In this document: positions 18,120-28,267 of the stretch, piece by piece
Layout of the letters: each line of letters begins with the position of its first letter
Position numbering within the stretch: the stretch's first letter is position 1
Assembly (NCBI GenBank): GCA_021775895.1
Contig: JAJFGX010000071.1
Span: 1 to 61,339, forward strand
DNA length: 61,339 nucleotides
Source: Alphaproteobacteria bacterium
Lineage (GTDB): Bacteria; Pseudomonadota; Alphaproteobacteria; Micavibrionales; CSBR16-224
Reading direction: 5' to 3'
Translations under genes and position numbers: made by a program
Notes under the pieces: generated by a model
Databases searched by the model: none
What the model was told of the DNA's origin: nothing
What the model saw: only the letters and a program-made list of their open reading frames with translations

Positions 18120-21100
18120 TTAAAATAAGCTTCCTGTGCGGGATACTATAAGTTTGTCTTGTGGGTTATCAATATTATGCTGTTTTATAAGAGTATTCAT
18201 CTCCGCAAAACCTACATTCTTCTTTTTTGCTAAAGGAGTTTTTGTTGCAGTTAATGTTGCACTCCTGACAGCGTCATAACTTGGTTTTTTTACAGAGAAT
18301 GGTGATTTAGATGTGGTATCTATTCTTGTTACTTGTAGTAGTTTTCCAACGTTTATAGAGGATAAAATCTGGGGTGTTCTTTTGGTTAGACGCTTTAAGT
18401 TAAGCTCCTTATCAATATATATCTCCTCAAAATCAACAGTTAATTCTGCCTGTAGCCCCTGTTTTGTAGTGTTTTGTGTGATAGAAACACCGCTTTCCAT
18501 CTCTTCAAAAGATGGAGCAGTTATTTTCTCATTATTTGTCATGTTAAAGAAGTTAGCAGAGGCAAACCATTCTGTGATGTAATCATCATTTTTGACATTT
18601 ATTTCTGTATCTCCTGTTTTCAGCTTGGAAATTGATATTTTTTTATTACCATCAATTTTTGCACCGCCAAATGTTTCTAATGTTGTATTTAGAGGAGCAA
18701 TTCTTTGTGATACAGTTAAACTACCTCCGGCATAATAACGTATATCTTCATCTGTTTTCTGTTCACGGAAATTTATAAAACGTGCACAATTATCATCTTC
18801 TGAAATTGCCCAGTTATCTTTTTCTGTGAAAGCAGCAGTGATAAGTTCAGTAACGTTATAATGCTCTGCAACATTTTCTTTTTTATTGCCTGCGGTAATA
18901 GACAGATTTATTTTCTTTTTTATTTTTAGAATCTCAAATGTAGCCTTACCATAGATTTCCCATGGTGCTGGCCCTATAATATCTGCCGTAACATCAACTC
19001 CCATTAATGTTACACTTCCCGCTCTGACTGAAACTCCAAATCCTGTATGGAATTGGAAACCAAATGGTACATATTGAATTAAGGCGTCCATCTCCAAATA
19101 ACCCTCAGCAGTAAAACCTGAGAATTTTGCCCAAACATCTACACGCCCGCCAAATTGCAATGTATTAGAGGTAAAAGCAAGATAGCAAGATACATCTACA
19201 CTGGCATTCTTACCAACTGGAAGAGATGCTTTCATACGTCTTAATTGGGGGAATTCTGCTGGAGGCTTGAACTTTGGATTAAAACCTCCAACTGATAAAA
19301 GCATTGTTGGGTTGCTAATTAGACTGGCACGCATAGCCATATCACCAGATAGTGTCAGGATATGCATGATATGGGAGTCACGCAATACAGCATCAAGAGC
19401 AAATGTTCCTGCCGATAAATCAGCTATGCCGAATACATCCATATGTAGCTCAACAATTGTAACTTCAGGGGTTGGCAACATGGCAGCAACTTGTCCGATA
19501 AGAGCGATACGAACAGGGTCTGGCAGTTCAACCATTACACCAAGATCAACTGTGATAAGTGAAGGTGTTCCCCAACCAATTTTCATCATTGCGCCAAAAA
19601 TAAATTGCCCCTGTACTGATGGGAAAACGGCAGAAATATCACTAATAATTTTTGGTGCATTCGCAACAGGGTCTTCGGGAAACATGATTGAATCCATAGC
19701 ACCGGTTAGTAAACGTTCACGAAGGGCATCATCATCTAAAGCTCGATGTAAACCGACTAGCCCGCCAACACCATTTAATGTGAAACCAAAGCCTAGTTGT
19801 ATTGGTGGAAATTCACTGAATATACTAAGGAATAGTGACCAACCATCTGATCCATCTGGCATTTTAGTGTTTAAAATACCAATAGCTGACAGACCTAAAT
19901 TAACAAATCCAACCTCAGCTATACCAGCATATTGAAATTTACTCTCATCATGTGATAAATATCCGCCACCTTTGACAATACCGCCGTCAATAGCAAGCCC
20001 CAATCCTATTGGTGGTTTTAAGCCAAGTTTTAAGTCCAAATTACCAAGCAATCCGCTTTTTGTACTATCTTCCACAGGCACTAATTCTGCCCGCATACCA
20101 ATATCTTCAACGACAAAACTTATAACAGATACATCTAGTCCACCTGTTACTGCAATTTCTAATATAGCCCCATCTGTTCCTGCTCCAGCCATAATGCGGA
20201 TATGAGATAGGGTAATTGGCCCAAGGTCTTTGTTAACTGGGATAATCACCTCAAAACCTGCACCACCTTCAAATTGCAAACCATTTTCTAGCGACCATAT
20301 CAGCCCTGCATCGGCTGTTACAGCCAGTTCATTATCTCCCAAAATTTCACGGATAAAACTATCACCGTCTTTAGGGGTTAAATAGAGTTTTAACCCTTGT
20401 TCTGCACCGCCGCCAGTACGTATGCCAAATGATAAATCAGGAGAGCCATCTGCTATAGATGCTAAACCAATTTCACTGGACAGGCTTGATAGTTCCAGTC
20501 TAATTCCATCTGGGTTACCGAATAATATCCAAGGCTCTTCAGGCTCCCCAACAAATTTTAGAGTAATATCATCATCCGGTTTTGTTGTTTCAAAAGTAAT
20601 AGCATCATGCTGAATATTAATGCCAACCGCTTGACGAAGAATATCAATTGTATCGGAATAATCCATTGTCCAGTCTTTGGATAGCGCAATTTCTTCTGGT
20701 GCCTCTCCAGCAAGTCTGGTATTTAAAAATAATCCATATTCCTTATCTTCAGTTGCATGAGGAACAGGGGCAAGAGACATTATTGGTTTAAAATTACGAA
20801 TTGATTGTGCAAATTTATCTGGTAATAAGTTTGTATTAATTTCTTTTATATCGCTACTACCACCAGTTTCTGAGTAAAAATCATTTGCAATAACCTCGGA
20901 TAAAGAGCTGTACTCTGTGTTTAGAGAAAGGCTATTCAGTAGACGCCATAGCTTGAACATAAACATATTCTGATCAAACTCTTGTCCCCACTTATAGTAA
21001 TCAACAACAGTTTTATGAGGGTTTTTTAAAAACGCACTAAACTGGTTCCAGTCAAATTCACGTAAAGGGTCTTCTTGGTCTTCACGAGGTGTTTCTAAAA

Positions 21101-21545
21101 CCGCACCAACGAAATGTAAAGACTCATAAATGAATTCATAATTAATATATAGCCAGCGCATTAATAGGTAATTTGGTAGTTTTAGTGCAAATTCTTTCCA
21201 CCAGTCTTTCTCATTCATTGGGGAGGGAAGGGCAGTTATATTACTTCCAGAAATACTTTGTAGGCTGCTAATAATGCCGTGCAAGTCTTCTGCGAGTAAG
21301 ATAACCTGCTCGGTAGCTCTACCTGCTGTAATGTTTTCATTTTCTGTATCTTCATAGACCTCTATGAGGCTCTCAATAATATCTTTTATATCAAGAACAG
21401 ATTCTATCACTTGATATTGGTCATCATTTAAGGTGATTTTCCACCCAACATCTTTAACAAAAGTTATAAAATGCTCTTTGCTTTCCGTTGCAACAACGAG
21501 AGGAGAGAAATATTCAATAATAATGCGAAGAATAGGTATCTGCAT
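18120..21545 (-). CDS. Giant-operon gene 6: 1141-aa protein, helical N-terminus plus a long Gly-rich beta region (DUF6603-like from memory)
   Basis: AGGAG lies 7 nt before the ATG. Residues ~340-885 carry 'GGYLSHDESKFQYAGIAEVGF', 'IQLGFGFTLNGVGGLVGLHRALD', 'SVGGFNPKFKPPAEFPQLRRM' and 'FTSNTLQFGG'. No catalytic or NTP-binding motif was seen. Confidence 0.9.
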   Translation of the reverse strand: MQIPILRIIIEYFSPLVVATESKEHFITFVKDVGWKITLNDDQYQVIESVLDIKDIIESLIEVYEDTENENITAGRATEQVILLAEDLHGIISSLQSISGSNITALPSPMNEKDWWKEFALKLPNYLLMRWLYINYEFIYESLHFVGAVLETPREDQEDPLREFDWNQFSAFLKNPHKTVVDYYKWGQEFDQNMFMFKLWRLLNSLSLNTEYSSLSEVIANDFYSETGGSSDIKEINTNLLPDKFAQSIRNFKPIMSLAPVPHATEDKEYGLFLNTRLAGEAPEEIALSKDWTMDYSDTIDILRQAVGINIQHDAITFETTKPDDDITLKFVGEPEEPWILFGNPDGIRLELSSLSSEIGLASIADGSPDLSFGIRTGGGAEQGLKLYLTPKDGDSFIREILGDNELAVTADAGLIWSLENGLQFEGGAGFEVIIPVNKDLGPITLSHIRIMAGAGTDGAILEIAVTGGLDVSVISFVVEDIGMRAELVPVEDSTKSGLLGNLDLKLGLKPPIGLGLAIDGGIVKGGGYLSHDESKFQYAGIAEVGFVNLGLSAIGILNTKMPDGSDGWSLFLSIFSEFPPIQLGFGFTLNGVGGLVGLHRALDDDALRERLLTGAMDSIMFPEDPVANAPKIISDISAVFPSVQGQFIFGAMMKIGWGTPSLITVDLGVMVELPDPVRIALIGQVAAMLPTPEVTIVELHMDVFGIADLSAGTFALDAVLRDSHIMHILTLSGDMAMRASLISNPTMLLSVGGFNPKFKPPAEFPQLRRMKASLPVGKNASVDVSCYLAFTSNTLQFGGRVDVWAKFSGFTAEGYLEMDALIQYVPFGFQFHTGFGVSVRAGSVTLMGVDVTADIIGPAPWEIYGKATFEILKIKKKINLSITAGNKKENVAEHYNVTELITAAFTEKDNWAISEDDNCARFINFREQKTDEDIRYYAGGSLTVSQRIAPLNTTLETFGGAKIDGNKKISISKLKTGDTEINVKNDDYITEWFASANFFNMTNNEKITAPSFEEMESGVSITQNTTKQGLQAELTVDFEEIYIDKELNLKRLTKRTPQILSSINVGKLLQVTRIDTTSKSPFSVKKPSYDAVRSATLTATKTPLAKKKNVGFAEMNTLIKQHNIDNPQDKLIVSRTGSLF

Positions 21546-21557
21546 AAATTTGCTCCT

Positions 21558-23726
21558 TTAGTTTGTTCCACCTAGAAATGTTTCTGCATCACGGGCAGAA
21601 TGACCAAGAAAATCAATATCTACCTGCAAGGGGTTTTCTGGGTTGCAGTTAAATCTATTTCTGAAATGCATACGTATTTTTTGTTCTACAGCTTTTAAAT
21701 TATCTGCGGCATCATCTGCTTTCAAAATATCCAGAATTTCATAAAACTCATCACCAAAATCTAGTTGATCTGCAGGAAGGTGCAAATCGAATTTATCTGT
21801 AAGTGCTTTTATAATTTCATCGGGTGTTTTAGCGGCTTCATCTGCATTTTGCATGAGCTCACGGATTAGATCATTTTCAAATTCAGCAACTGCACGGTTT
21901 AGTTTTTCCAAAGCTCCCATTGATGTACCATCACCTATCAGATAAACTTTCTTGAAAGCAGCCTGAATATAACTTAAAACTTCTGGATCAGTTGCATATA
22001 GAAGCTCATAATTACTTAAATCATCAATTTTACTTCTAATATTTGCTGGAACAAAACCACTACTTTCCAGAACTTTCCGTATTTCTCTTATTTTTAGTTC
22101 AGGAACAGTCGTTATGACACGATGCCAGTCAACTTTGAATACAATAACATTGGAAAAACCTTCTATGATCCCTAACGGAAGTGCATCTGGGCCTTCCAAA
22201 AATCCAATTAAAAGTCTGGTTACATCACTTCTAAGCTGCCGAATAATTTCTCCATTAGCAATTGTTACATCATCTAACTCTTTGAAACGAAGGAGGTCAT
22301 TAAAGCGGCCTACAGATTTCATTTGCACTAGTACAGCAACCTCTCCAGCCCCTTCCATAAGGGTTGTTAAAGTCTCGCCAACTAACTGAGTCTGTCGACG
22401 CACTCTTTGAGCTAATATAATCAGATCCGCAGCACAGCGATTGCCAATACGAGATTGCAGTAATATCTTTTCTGCTGGAAAATGGATAAGAGCTACAAGC
22501 GCAGTACGTACTTCAAATAGGTAGCCATGCTCCATATTTTGGCGTCTAAACATTTTTTCAAATATATCTGCACTACCTTCCAGAAAGAAATAATCCAGCA
22601 TTACTTTATGAATATCTATGTCTTGTCTGGCACTGACTTTCAAAATAGTATCAGCCTCTTTATAAAGTAGTAAGATACAAGAAAGAATTTCTTTTGTAGC
22701 CATCAAACTATCTAATCTTCGTGCCCCAAATAATTTCGACACATGACTTGTATCTAGATCAGCTAAATTCCATCTGGGAGAATAGTACCTAAATAACCAC
22801 TGTATATTATAGGTCATAAGATAAGAGAAATAATCAGTGATTTCTCCATTGATATTTACTCCCTGTCCTTCAAGAAATTCTTTAAACCCTTTATAGTATT
22901 CAGTGTGAGGGGTATCAGTTGGAATACCAGGAAAACGCCCCGGAGCTTTTAATTTTGTAAGCAGACCAGGTGGCAAGTCTAAAATAGTTTCTGCACCAAT
23001 AGTTTCAAGAAATGTTAGTGCTTCCATAATTTTTGTACGTAGTGAGCTTGCATCAAGAACAGTTTCCACGACATCATCTAGAGCATCAGCTGCAGGTTCT
23101 GTATGGCGTATAAGTTTATCTATACCAAACCAATTATTCCGTTTAAGTGGGCGTCTGACCATTTCTATATAGGCGGTGTAATCATCTCCTAGTAAAATCT
23201 TAAGTACATGTGCTGTTTGTGTTAGCTCATTACGTTTAACCATCAGGAAGAGCTGAGGAGAATCTCTAAGTTGTTCGAATGTAGGTGGGTTAGCCGCACT
23301 ATAGGGGGCTGGAAAATCCAGATTATGCTGCCGAATAAAATCCTCTATACTTCCTCCACTATTTCCGGGCATTGCACGCCATCTTTCATACATGGTATCC
23401 AGTGTTTTTTTGAAACGGGTATGTGAACATTTTAATAAGGGAATTTTAAAGCTCTGCTTTGTGAAATCATATATTAAGCTAAAAGGAACTCTAAATACTC
23501 CAAGATTACCTTGCGTGTGTTCAGCTAAAAGGGATAGTGCTCTGGCATAAACAAGAGCACGCCTGCTCGAAAGATCTCCTCCAGATAGTTTTGTAAGTGC
23601 ATCTTTAATCTCATCTTTACTTTGACCAAGAATATCCTTGCCTATTTCTTCTACAACTTCATCAGTTGCGTCTAAACCCTCAAAACCAATGATACGCCTT
23701 AAAGCGGAAAGAACTGTATTTGCCAT
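21558..23726 (-). CDS. Giant-operon gene 5: 722-aa hypothetical protein, apparently mostly helical
   Basis: Its ATG shares one base with the upstream stop (TAATG). No recognisable motif, signal peptide or TM segment. Confidence 0.9.
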   Translation of the reverse strand: MANTVLSALRRIIGFEGLDATDEVVEEIGKDILGQSKDEIKDALTKLSGGDLSSRRALVYARALSLLAEHTQGNLGVFRVPFSLIYDFTKQSFKIPLLKCSHTRFKKTLDTMYERWRAMPGNSGGSIEDFIRQHNLDFPAPYSAANPPTFEQLRDSPQLFLMVKRNELTQTAHVLKILLGDDYTAYIEMVRRPLKRNNWFGIDKLIRHTEPAADALDDVVETVLDASSLRTKIMEALTFLETIGAETILDLPPGLLTKLKAPGRFPGIPTDTPHTEYYKGFKEFLEGQGVNINGEITDYFSYLMTYNIQWLFRYYSPRWNLADLDTSHVSKLFGARRLDSLMATKEILSCILLLYKEADTILKVSARQDIDIHKVMLDYFFLEGSADIFEKMFRRQNMEHGYLFEVRTALVALIHFPAEKILLQSRIGNRCAADLIILAQRVRRQTQLVGETLTTLMEGAGEVAVLVQMKSVGRFNDLLRFKELDDVTIANGEIIRQLRSDVTRLLIGFLEGPDALPLGIIEGFSNVIVFKVDWHRVITTVPELKIREIRKVLESSGFVPANIRSKIDDLSNYELLYATDPEVLSYIQAAFKKVYLIGDGTSMGALEKLNRAVAEFENDLIRELMQNADEAAKTPDEIIKALTDKFDLHLPADQLDFGDEFYEILDILKADDAADNLKAVEQKIRMHFRNRFNCNPENPLQVDIDFLGHSARDAETFLGGTN

Positions 23727-26533
23727 TATAAATTCCCCCCATGTTTTACAAGATTTTTAACAAATCCTGAGCTTGCGAATGGAAGAAGTGCTGCTACCCC
23801 CATAATGGCTAAATCAACTTCTGTGACAGGCTCTCCCCATTTATCTTTACCAGTGACGATTGAAATAGCAAAATCGGCAATATCAACAGCATCGCCAACA
23901 AATGGAATAAAGCCAATTGCAAGATCAATATATAAACGAAATAAAATCACATCAAGAGTTACTTCCTGTATGCCATTATAGTTTATATTTGTTGTAAATA
24001 CGGCCGTTCCTCTAAGCTTCGCAAGCTCTAACGGTTCAGATATATCTGTATCAGTTAAGCTATAGGAAATATCTTCAATGGCATTAATCTGTTCTGCGTT
24101 ATAGATATTTAAGCTCTCAATGGCACTGCCTTCAAAAACTTCCGAAGGATTATCACCAGTTAAAACACGTTCTTTTTTATCATAAAAATGCTTTTCCATG
24201 TCATGTTCCAGATAATAACCCTCTGGTGGAATAGAATTAATATGATCAGTTTCACCATTAGGAGCCTTGGTTTCATAGAAAAAACTACGTGCCCATGACT
24301 TGGCACGATTAATATTTGTTCCATAAGGTTGTTGGTGGGCATATTGATAAATACCACGATAATTTTCCCTGACATTAACAGTGACACCGGGTGTAAAATG
24401 CACAATAAGTTTATACATTTCAAAACCTTTGTCAGGATAGTTTAGATGAAATACTTCTCCTAAAGTAAAGTGACCACGTTCTTCAACATTTGCCAGTTCT
24501 TGTGCTCGCAGGGTTTCAGCAGCGACCCAATTATCATGAATTTTATCGATATAATATCCAAATCTTTGATTGGAAGAATGTGGATCAACTAAAATTTCAA
24601 CTTCCAAAAAATATGGTTCATCTTGTGAGCCAACAACTTTTGGAACAACAGGGCAGGAAATTGTTATTCCAACTATGGAGTCATTAATATATTTTGGCTT
24701 AATATAGAAAGCAGGAAATTTATCTGATGTTGGTGGTGGCTGGTCTTCAGATATGCCAAAACTTTCTTTCATATTATCTGGAACATTTTTAATTGCCATC
24801 TCCATATCTACGGGCATGTAATGCATTTGTTCTTCTATTACTATATTTTCATTAGAGCTAATTTCAGGAATATCATTATCATATGGGATATATTTTTGCC
24901 CATTTGGGTGAAGCAAAACATTAGATGCGGAATATTGTGGTTGGTGACAAGTATGTATATCAATTGGTTCATACCATTCTGATACATAGGCTGCATCTTG
25001 TACACGGTATATTAATACCTGACATGTTTGAGGTAAGCCATTTAGCCCTGATATAGAAACACCCGGTGCCGCAACAATCATCAGTGTTGCTAATCTATCC
25101 TCGGTAGGCTCTCTATACTCCCATGTAAAACAGTCTTTTGGAGTAAAGTAATTATCTGTATCATGATTATATAAGTACTGCTCTTGCTCAACTGAAATTT
25201 TAAAATCGTATAGATAGAAATCTATGCCTATTACATCATCTTCTGTCTCAAAATGAGGGCCTGACATATATTTATAATAAAAGTAAAATGGAGCCCTTGT
25301 ATTTTCTAAAGACATGATCTCAAATTCTGGCAATGGAACTTCAATAACGCCAAAATTTACAAGCGTTAAAATTGTTTCAAAATAAGATAATTGATCCATG
25401 TGCCATAAAATATAGTCTGGCATTTCCGCAGAGCTACTATCAATCATCTCTTTGATTGAAGAGATAAATTTTGCTCGTTTTTCTTTAGGGGTGAAAATAC
25501 GAATAAACCAGTTTGAATCTTCCGCCATAAAAAGGGTAGAGCGATCAAGGGTTTGTTTTAATACTGAATATACATCACTGCTGTAATCCATTATATATTC
25601 TGAAATATCTATACCAAATGATAAACCAGGTATAAGGCTATCTGTGGCTATGCTGGCTAGAGGATTATCAAAAAAATCAAAAAAACTGTCTAATGCACCA
25701 AAGCGGTCAAATTCAAGAGACATACCTGAAAAGAAACGATGCCATATTTTTCCAGCTTCTTCCCTGAACAGAGCGCCATCATTGTCATTTGCAAGGTCAA
25801 AACTCCAGTAAGATGTATTTAGAATCCATAATAGACCAGATGGTAGAGTGCTATTAGGAGAGATGACCTCCGCTTCATAAAATTCTGATATTTGCTCCAG
25901 CTTTCTATTTTCTTCGTTGTCATCTTCTAAATTTTCTGTTCCAAATTCTGCAATATAACCAAGAGCAATGCGCATATTGAGCTTAAAGAACATTAGATAA
26001 TATAAAATATCATTTATTTTAGATAGAAAATCATTAAAAGTTATTGTGTCATTATTATCATAAGAAGAAACGATGTTTAATTTAGAGCTTTCTTCATTGT
26101 ATGAGATAGAAAGGTCTGCAAGCTGTATATCATATTGAGTATAAACAGATGCGAATAATGCAAGCTCAGTCGGTGAATTAAACTCTAATGGAATTGCACA
26201 TCCTGGAATTGCGGTAGCTTTGATGGAGAAGCTGCCAGACTCTGTTGTATATGCTTCTGTTGTAAGTTCCATTGTGTCATGGTTTACTACTATATATTTT
26301 CTTAAATCCCCTATTTCATATAGTAAACGGGTTTCTTCCAAGCGATATCCCATTAATTGAAGTAACAAATATGTACTCATAAAAATGTCTTCATAATGTA
26401 TTGCAAAGCTATCTAAATTAAAATTTGGGATATCTTGAGTGATTTCATCCATGTCATAGATAAAACCTTGACCACGATTAAATTTATTAATTTTAAAGAA
26501 TGGTAGATTAAGTGGAGTAGTATCTATTGTCAT
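23726..26533 (-). CDS. Giant-operon gene 4: 935-aa acidic, aromatic-rich protein ending in a PT-TG-like (pre-toxin TG) hydrophobic hairpin
   Basis: ATGA overlap with gene 3. The C-terminus is 'IGFIPFVGDAVDIADFAISIVTGKDKWGEPVTEVDLAIMGVAALLPFASSGFVKNLVKHGGNL'. Confidence 0.9.
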   Translation of the reverse strand: MTIDTTPLNLPFFKINKFNRGQGFIYDMDEITQDIPNFNLDSFAIHYEDIFMSTYLLLQLMGYRLEETRLLYEIGDLRKYIVVNHDTMELTTEAYTTESGSFSIKATAIPGCAIPLEFNSPTELALFASVYTQYDIQLADLSISYNEESSKLNIVSSYDNNDTITFNDFLSKINDILYYLMFFKLNMRIALGYIAEFGTENLEDDNEENRKLEQISEFYEAEVISPNSTLPSGLLWILNTSYWSFDLANDNDGALFREEAGKIWHRFFSGMSLEFDRFGALDSFFDFFDNPLASIATDSLIPGLSFGIDISEYIMDYSSDVYSVLKQTLDRSTLFMAEDSNWFIRIFTPKEKRAKFISSIKEMIDSSSAEMPDYILWHMDQLSYFETILTLVNFGVIEVPLPEFEIMSLENTRAPFYFYYKYMSGPHFETEDDVIGIDFYLYDFKISVEQEQYLYNHDTDNYFTPKDCFTWEYREPTEDRLATLMIVAAPGVSISGLNGLPQTCQVLIYRVQDAAYVSEWYEPIDIHTCHQPQYSASNVLLHPNGQKYIPYDNDIPEISSNENIVIEEQMHYMPVDMEMAIKNVPDNMKESFGISEDQPPPTSDKFPAFYIKPKYINDSIVGITISCPVVPKVVGSQDEPYFLEVEILVDPHSSNQRFGYYIDKIHDNWVAAETLRAQELANVEERGHFTLGEVFHLNYPDKGFEMYKLIVHFTPGVTVNVRENYRGIYQYAHQQPYGTNINRAKSWARSFFYETKAPNGETDHINSIPPEGYYLEHDMEKHFYDKKERVLTGDNPSEVFEGSAIESLNIYNAEQINAIEDISYSLTDTDISEPLELAKLRGTAVFTTNINYNGIQEVTLDVILFRLYIDLAIGFIPFVGDAVDIADFAISIVTGKDKWGEPVTEVDLAIMGVAALLPFASSGFVKNLVKHGGNL

Positions 26534-28266
26534 GATGCTACCCTCTTGTTTATTTCAACCATGTCTACAGTTCTATCTGAAGATCTATTACCGGAAGAAG
26601 GGCGTTTTTTACGACCATTCCATACTATAAGTTTACCGCTTGCATCTCGTGCTGCTTGATAGCTACGAGTGATTTCAATTGCACCTCTTGGTATTTCTTC
26701 TTCATATATAAAAAATGGTTTATCTGGTTCTAGAATTTTACCTTGTCCACCAGCCAGTGTTTCTTTTAACTCACCTAGTAAATCCCATTCACGCATTCTG
26801 GAACGCCTTAAAGTATTGGTTGTTTTGTTATCTTTTATTTCTGGAGAGAATGGCACCCAATAAGGTGGTGTAATAGAAAGAAGACGGTAAACCCATGCAT
26901 CTTTTTGCTCTTCAGTTGCATCATCAGGAAGAGGGTCACTATTACCGAGGTAAGTTACAATCTGGTCACGATAACGCATATATTCGGCATGGCGTGACAT
27001 TGTATGACCTGACTGTGTTTCTAGCTTTTCCTCAATTGCCCAAGCCATATTAGCCATTTCATCACGTGTCATTATGACTTTTTCAACTGGTTTATCTTCT
27101 TGTCCCCCCAGTAAAGTACGTGGGCTATATAGCCATGGTGCAAAACCTTTTTCAGCAGAAGGGTCACCTTTTAGCTCGAAAAAACGCCAATCACGGTTTT
27201 TACCATCATTTACAGCTGTGGGTTTGATACTATGCTTCTCACCAAAACAATCATAAACTGTTACAGTTTCAACACGTGTTATACTTCCCGAAGGCACAGG
27301 AAGTGGTAGCATATACCAGTCATTACTATAGATGGTAGCAAACTCTGTTAAAATCATTTGTGCTAAATCAGTAGAGTTAGCTGCAAGACCGCCAAAGAAA
27401 ACTTTACCATCTTCAAAATCCCAGAATCGTTCGGCAGGCATGCCAGCATATCTAACTGGCGTTGGAATTAAATAATTAGGCTGTGTTTTTTTCAGTTTCT
27501 GATCCAGTCCTGTCGATTTTTTTGTCCAGAGATTAAAATGATACCAATCGAGCTGACCACCATTATAAGCAGTCGATTGCAAGACAGGCTGTGTTTGCCC
27601 CTGCTTTTCTGTTTGTATAGCAAAACTGTATTCTTGTCGTGGAGACTGCCAATGTTGTTGATTTTTAGATAAGAAACGGTCTTGATAATAAGAGTGCCAA
27701 AGATTGAGCTTTTTTTCTAATGTATTTTCAGCAATACCTGATGCGGATAATAATGACAAAACAGAAGCAAGACGCATGTTAGACATTTTTGCACCATCAA
27801 AACTTTTTCTAATGAGTCTATCAAGAAAAGCACTTTTACCTATTTTATTATCATTTAGTTTTAAGGGCAATTTTGTTTGTAAAATAGGTAGTAATTTTCG
27901 TTGTTGCCCTGAACTGAACTGTCGCAGAAACTGAATACCTGCTTCAGCAGAAATGCGTGGGGAAGCAATACCATTTATAACATCTTCCGCTTCTATTTCA
28001 GCTTCCAGCAATGCGGTATTGTCAATTTTAAGGGGTTTTCCAGTTTTTCCTGCTTCATCTACTGGTATAATATTTTGAACATTTAACGAAGATGAAACTA
28101 GCTCTGTTTTAATGGGGGAGGCGGCATCCTCTCCTTGAAAACCGCCAAATTGCCATTGGCGACACAACGTCCATAAGGGATCAGCTATACGGGCTTGCAA
28201 ACCTTTACGGGTGTTACGAGTGCGATGTCTTCCATTGATGCGTGTCCAATCATCTCGCTGTGTCAT
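26530..28266 (-). CDS. Giant-operon gene 3: 578-aa hypothetical protein
   Basis: It starts 1 nt after the gene-2 stop, with AGGGGGG upstream. Conspicuous blocks are 'DPLWTLCRQWQFGGFQGEDAASP' and 'GMPAERFWDFEDGKVFFGG..TEFATIYSNDWYMLPL'. Confidence 0.9.
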   Translation of the reverse strand: MTQRDDWTRINGRHRTRNTRKGLQARIADPLWTLCRQWQFGGFQGEDAASPIKTELVSSSLNVQNIIPVDEAGKTGKPLKIDNTALLEAEIEAEDVINGIASPRISAEAGIQFLRQFSSGQQRKLLPILQTKLPLKLNDNKIGKSAFLDRLIRKSFDGAKMSNMRLASVLSLLSASGIAENTLEKKLNLWHSYYQDRFLSKNQQHWQSPRQEYSFAIQTEKQGQTQPVLQSTAYNGGQLDWYHFNLWTKKSTGLDQKLKKTQPNYLIPTPVRYAGMPAERFWDFEDGKVFFGGLAANSTDLAQMILTEFATIYSNDWYMLPLPVPSGSITRVETVTVYDCFGEKHSIKPTAVNDGKNRDWRFFELKGDPSAEKGFAPWLYSPRTLLGGQEDKPVEKVIMTRDEMANMAWAIEEKLETQSGHTMSRHAEYMRYRDQIVTYLGNSDPLPDDATEEQKDAWVYRLLSITPPYWVPFSPEIKDNKTTNTLRRSRMREWDLLGELKETLAGGQGKILEPDKPFFIYEEEIPRGAIEITRSYQAARDASGKLIVWNGRKKRPSSGNRSSDRTVDMVEINKRVAS

Positions 28267-28267
28267 A

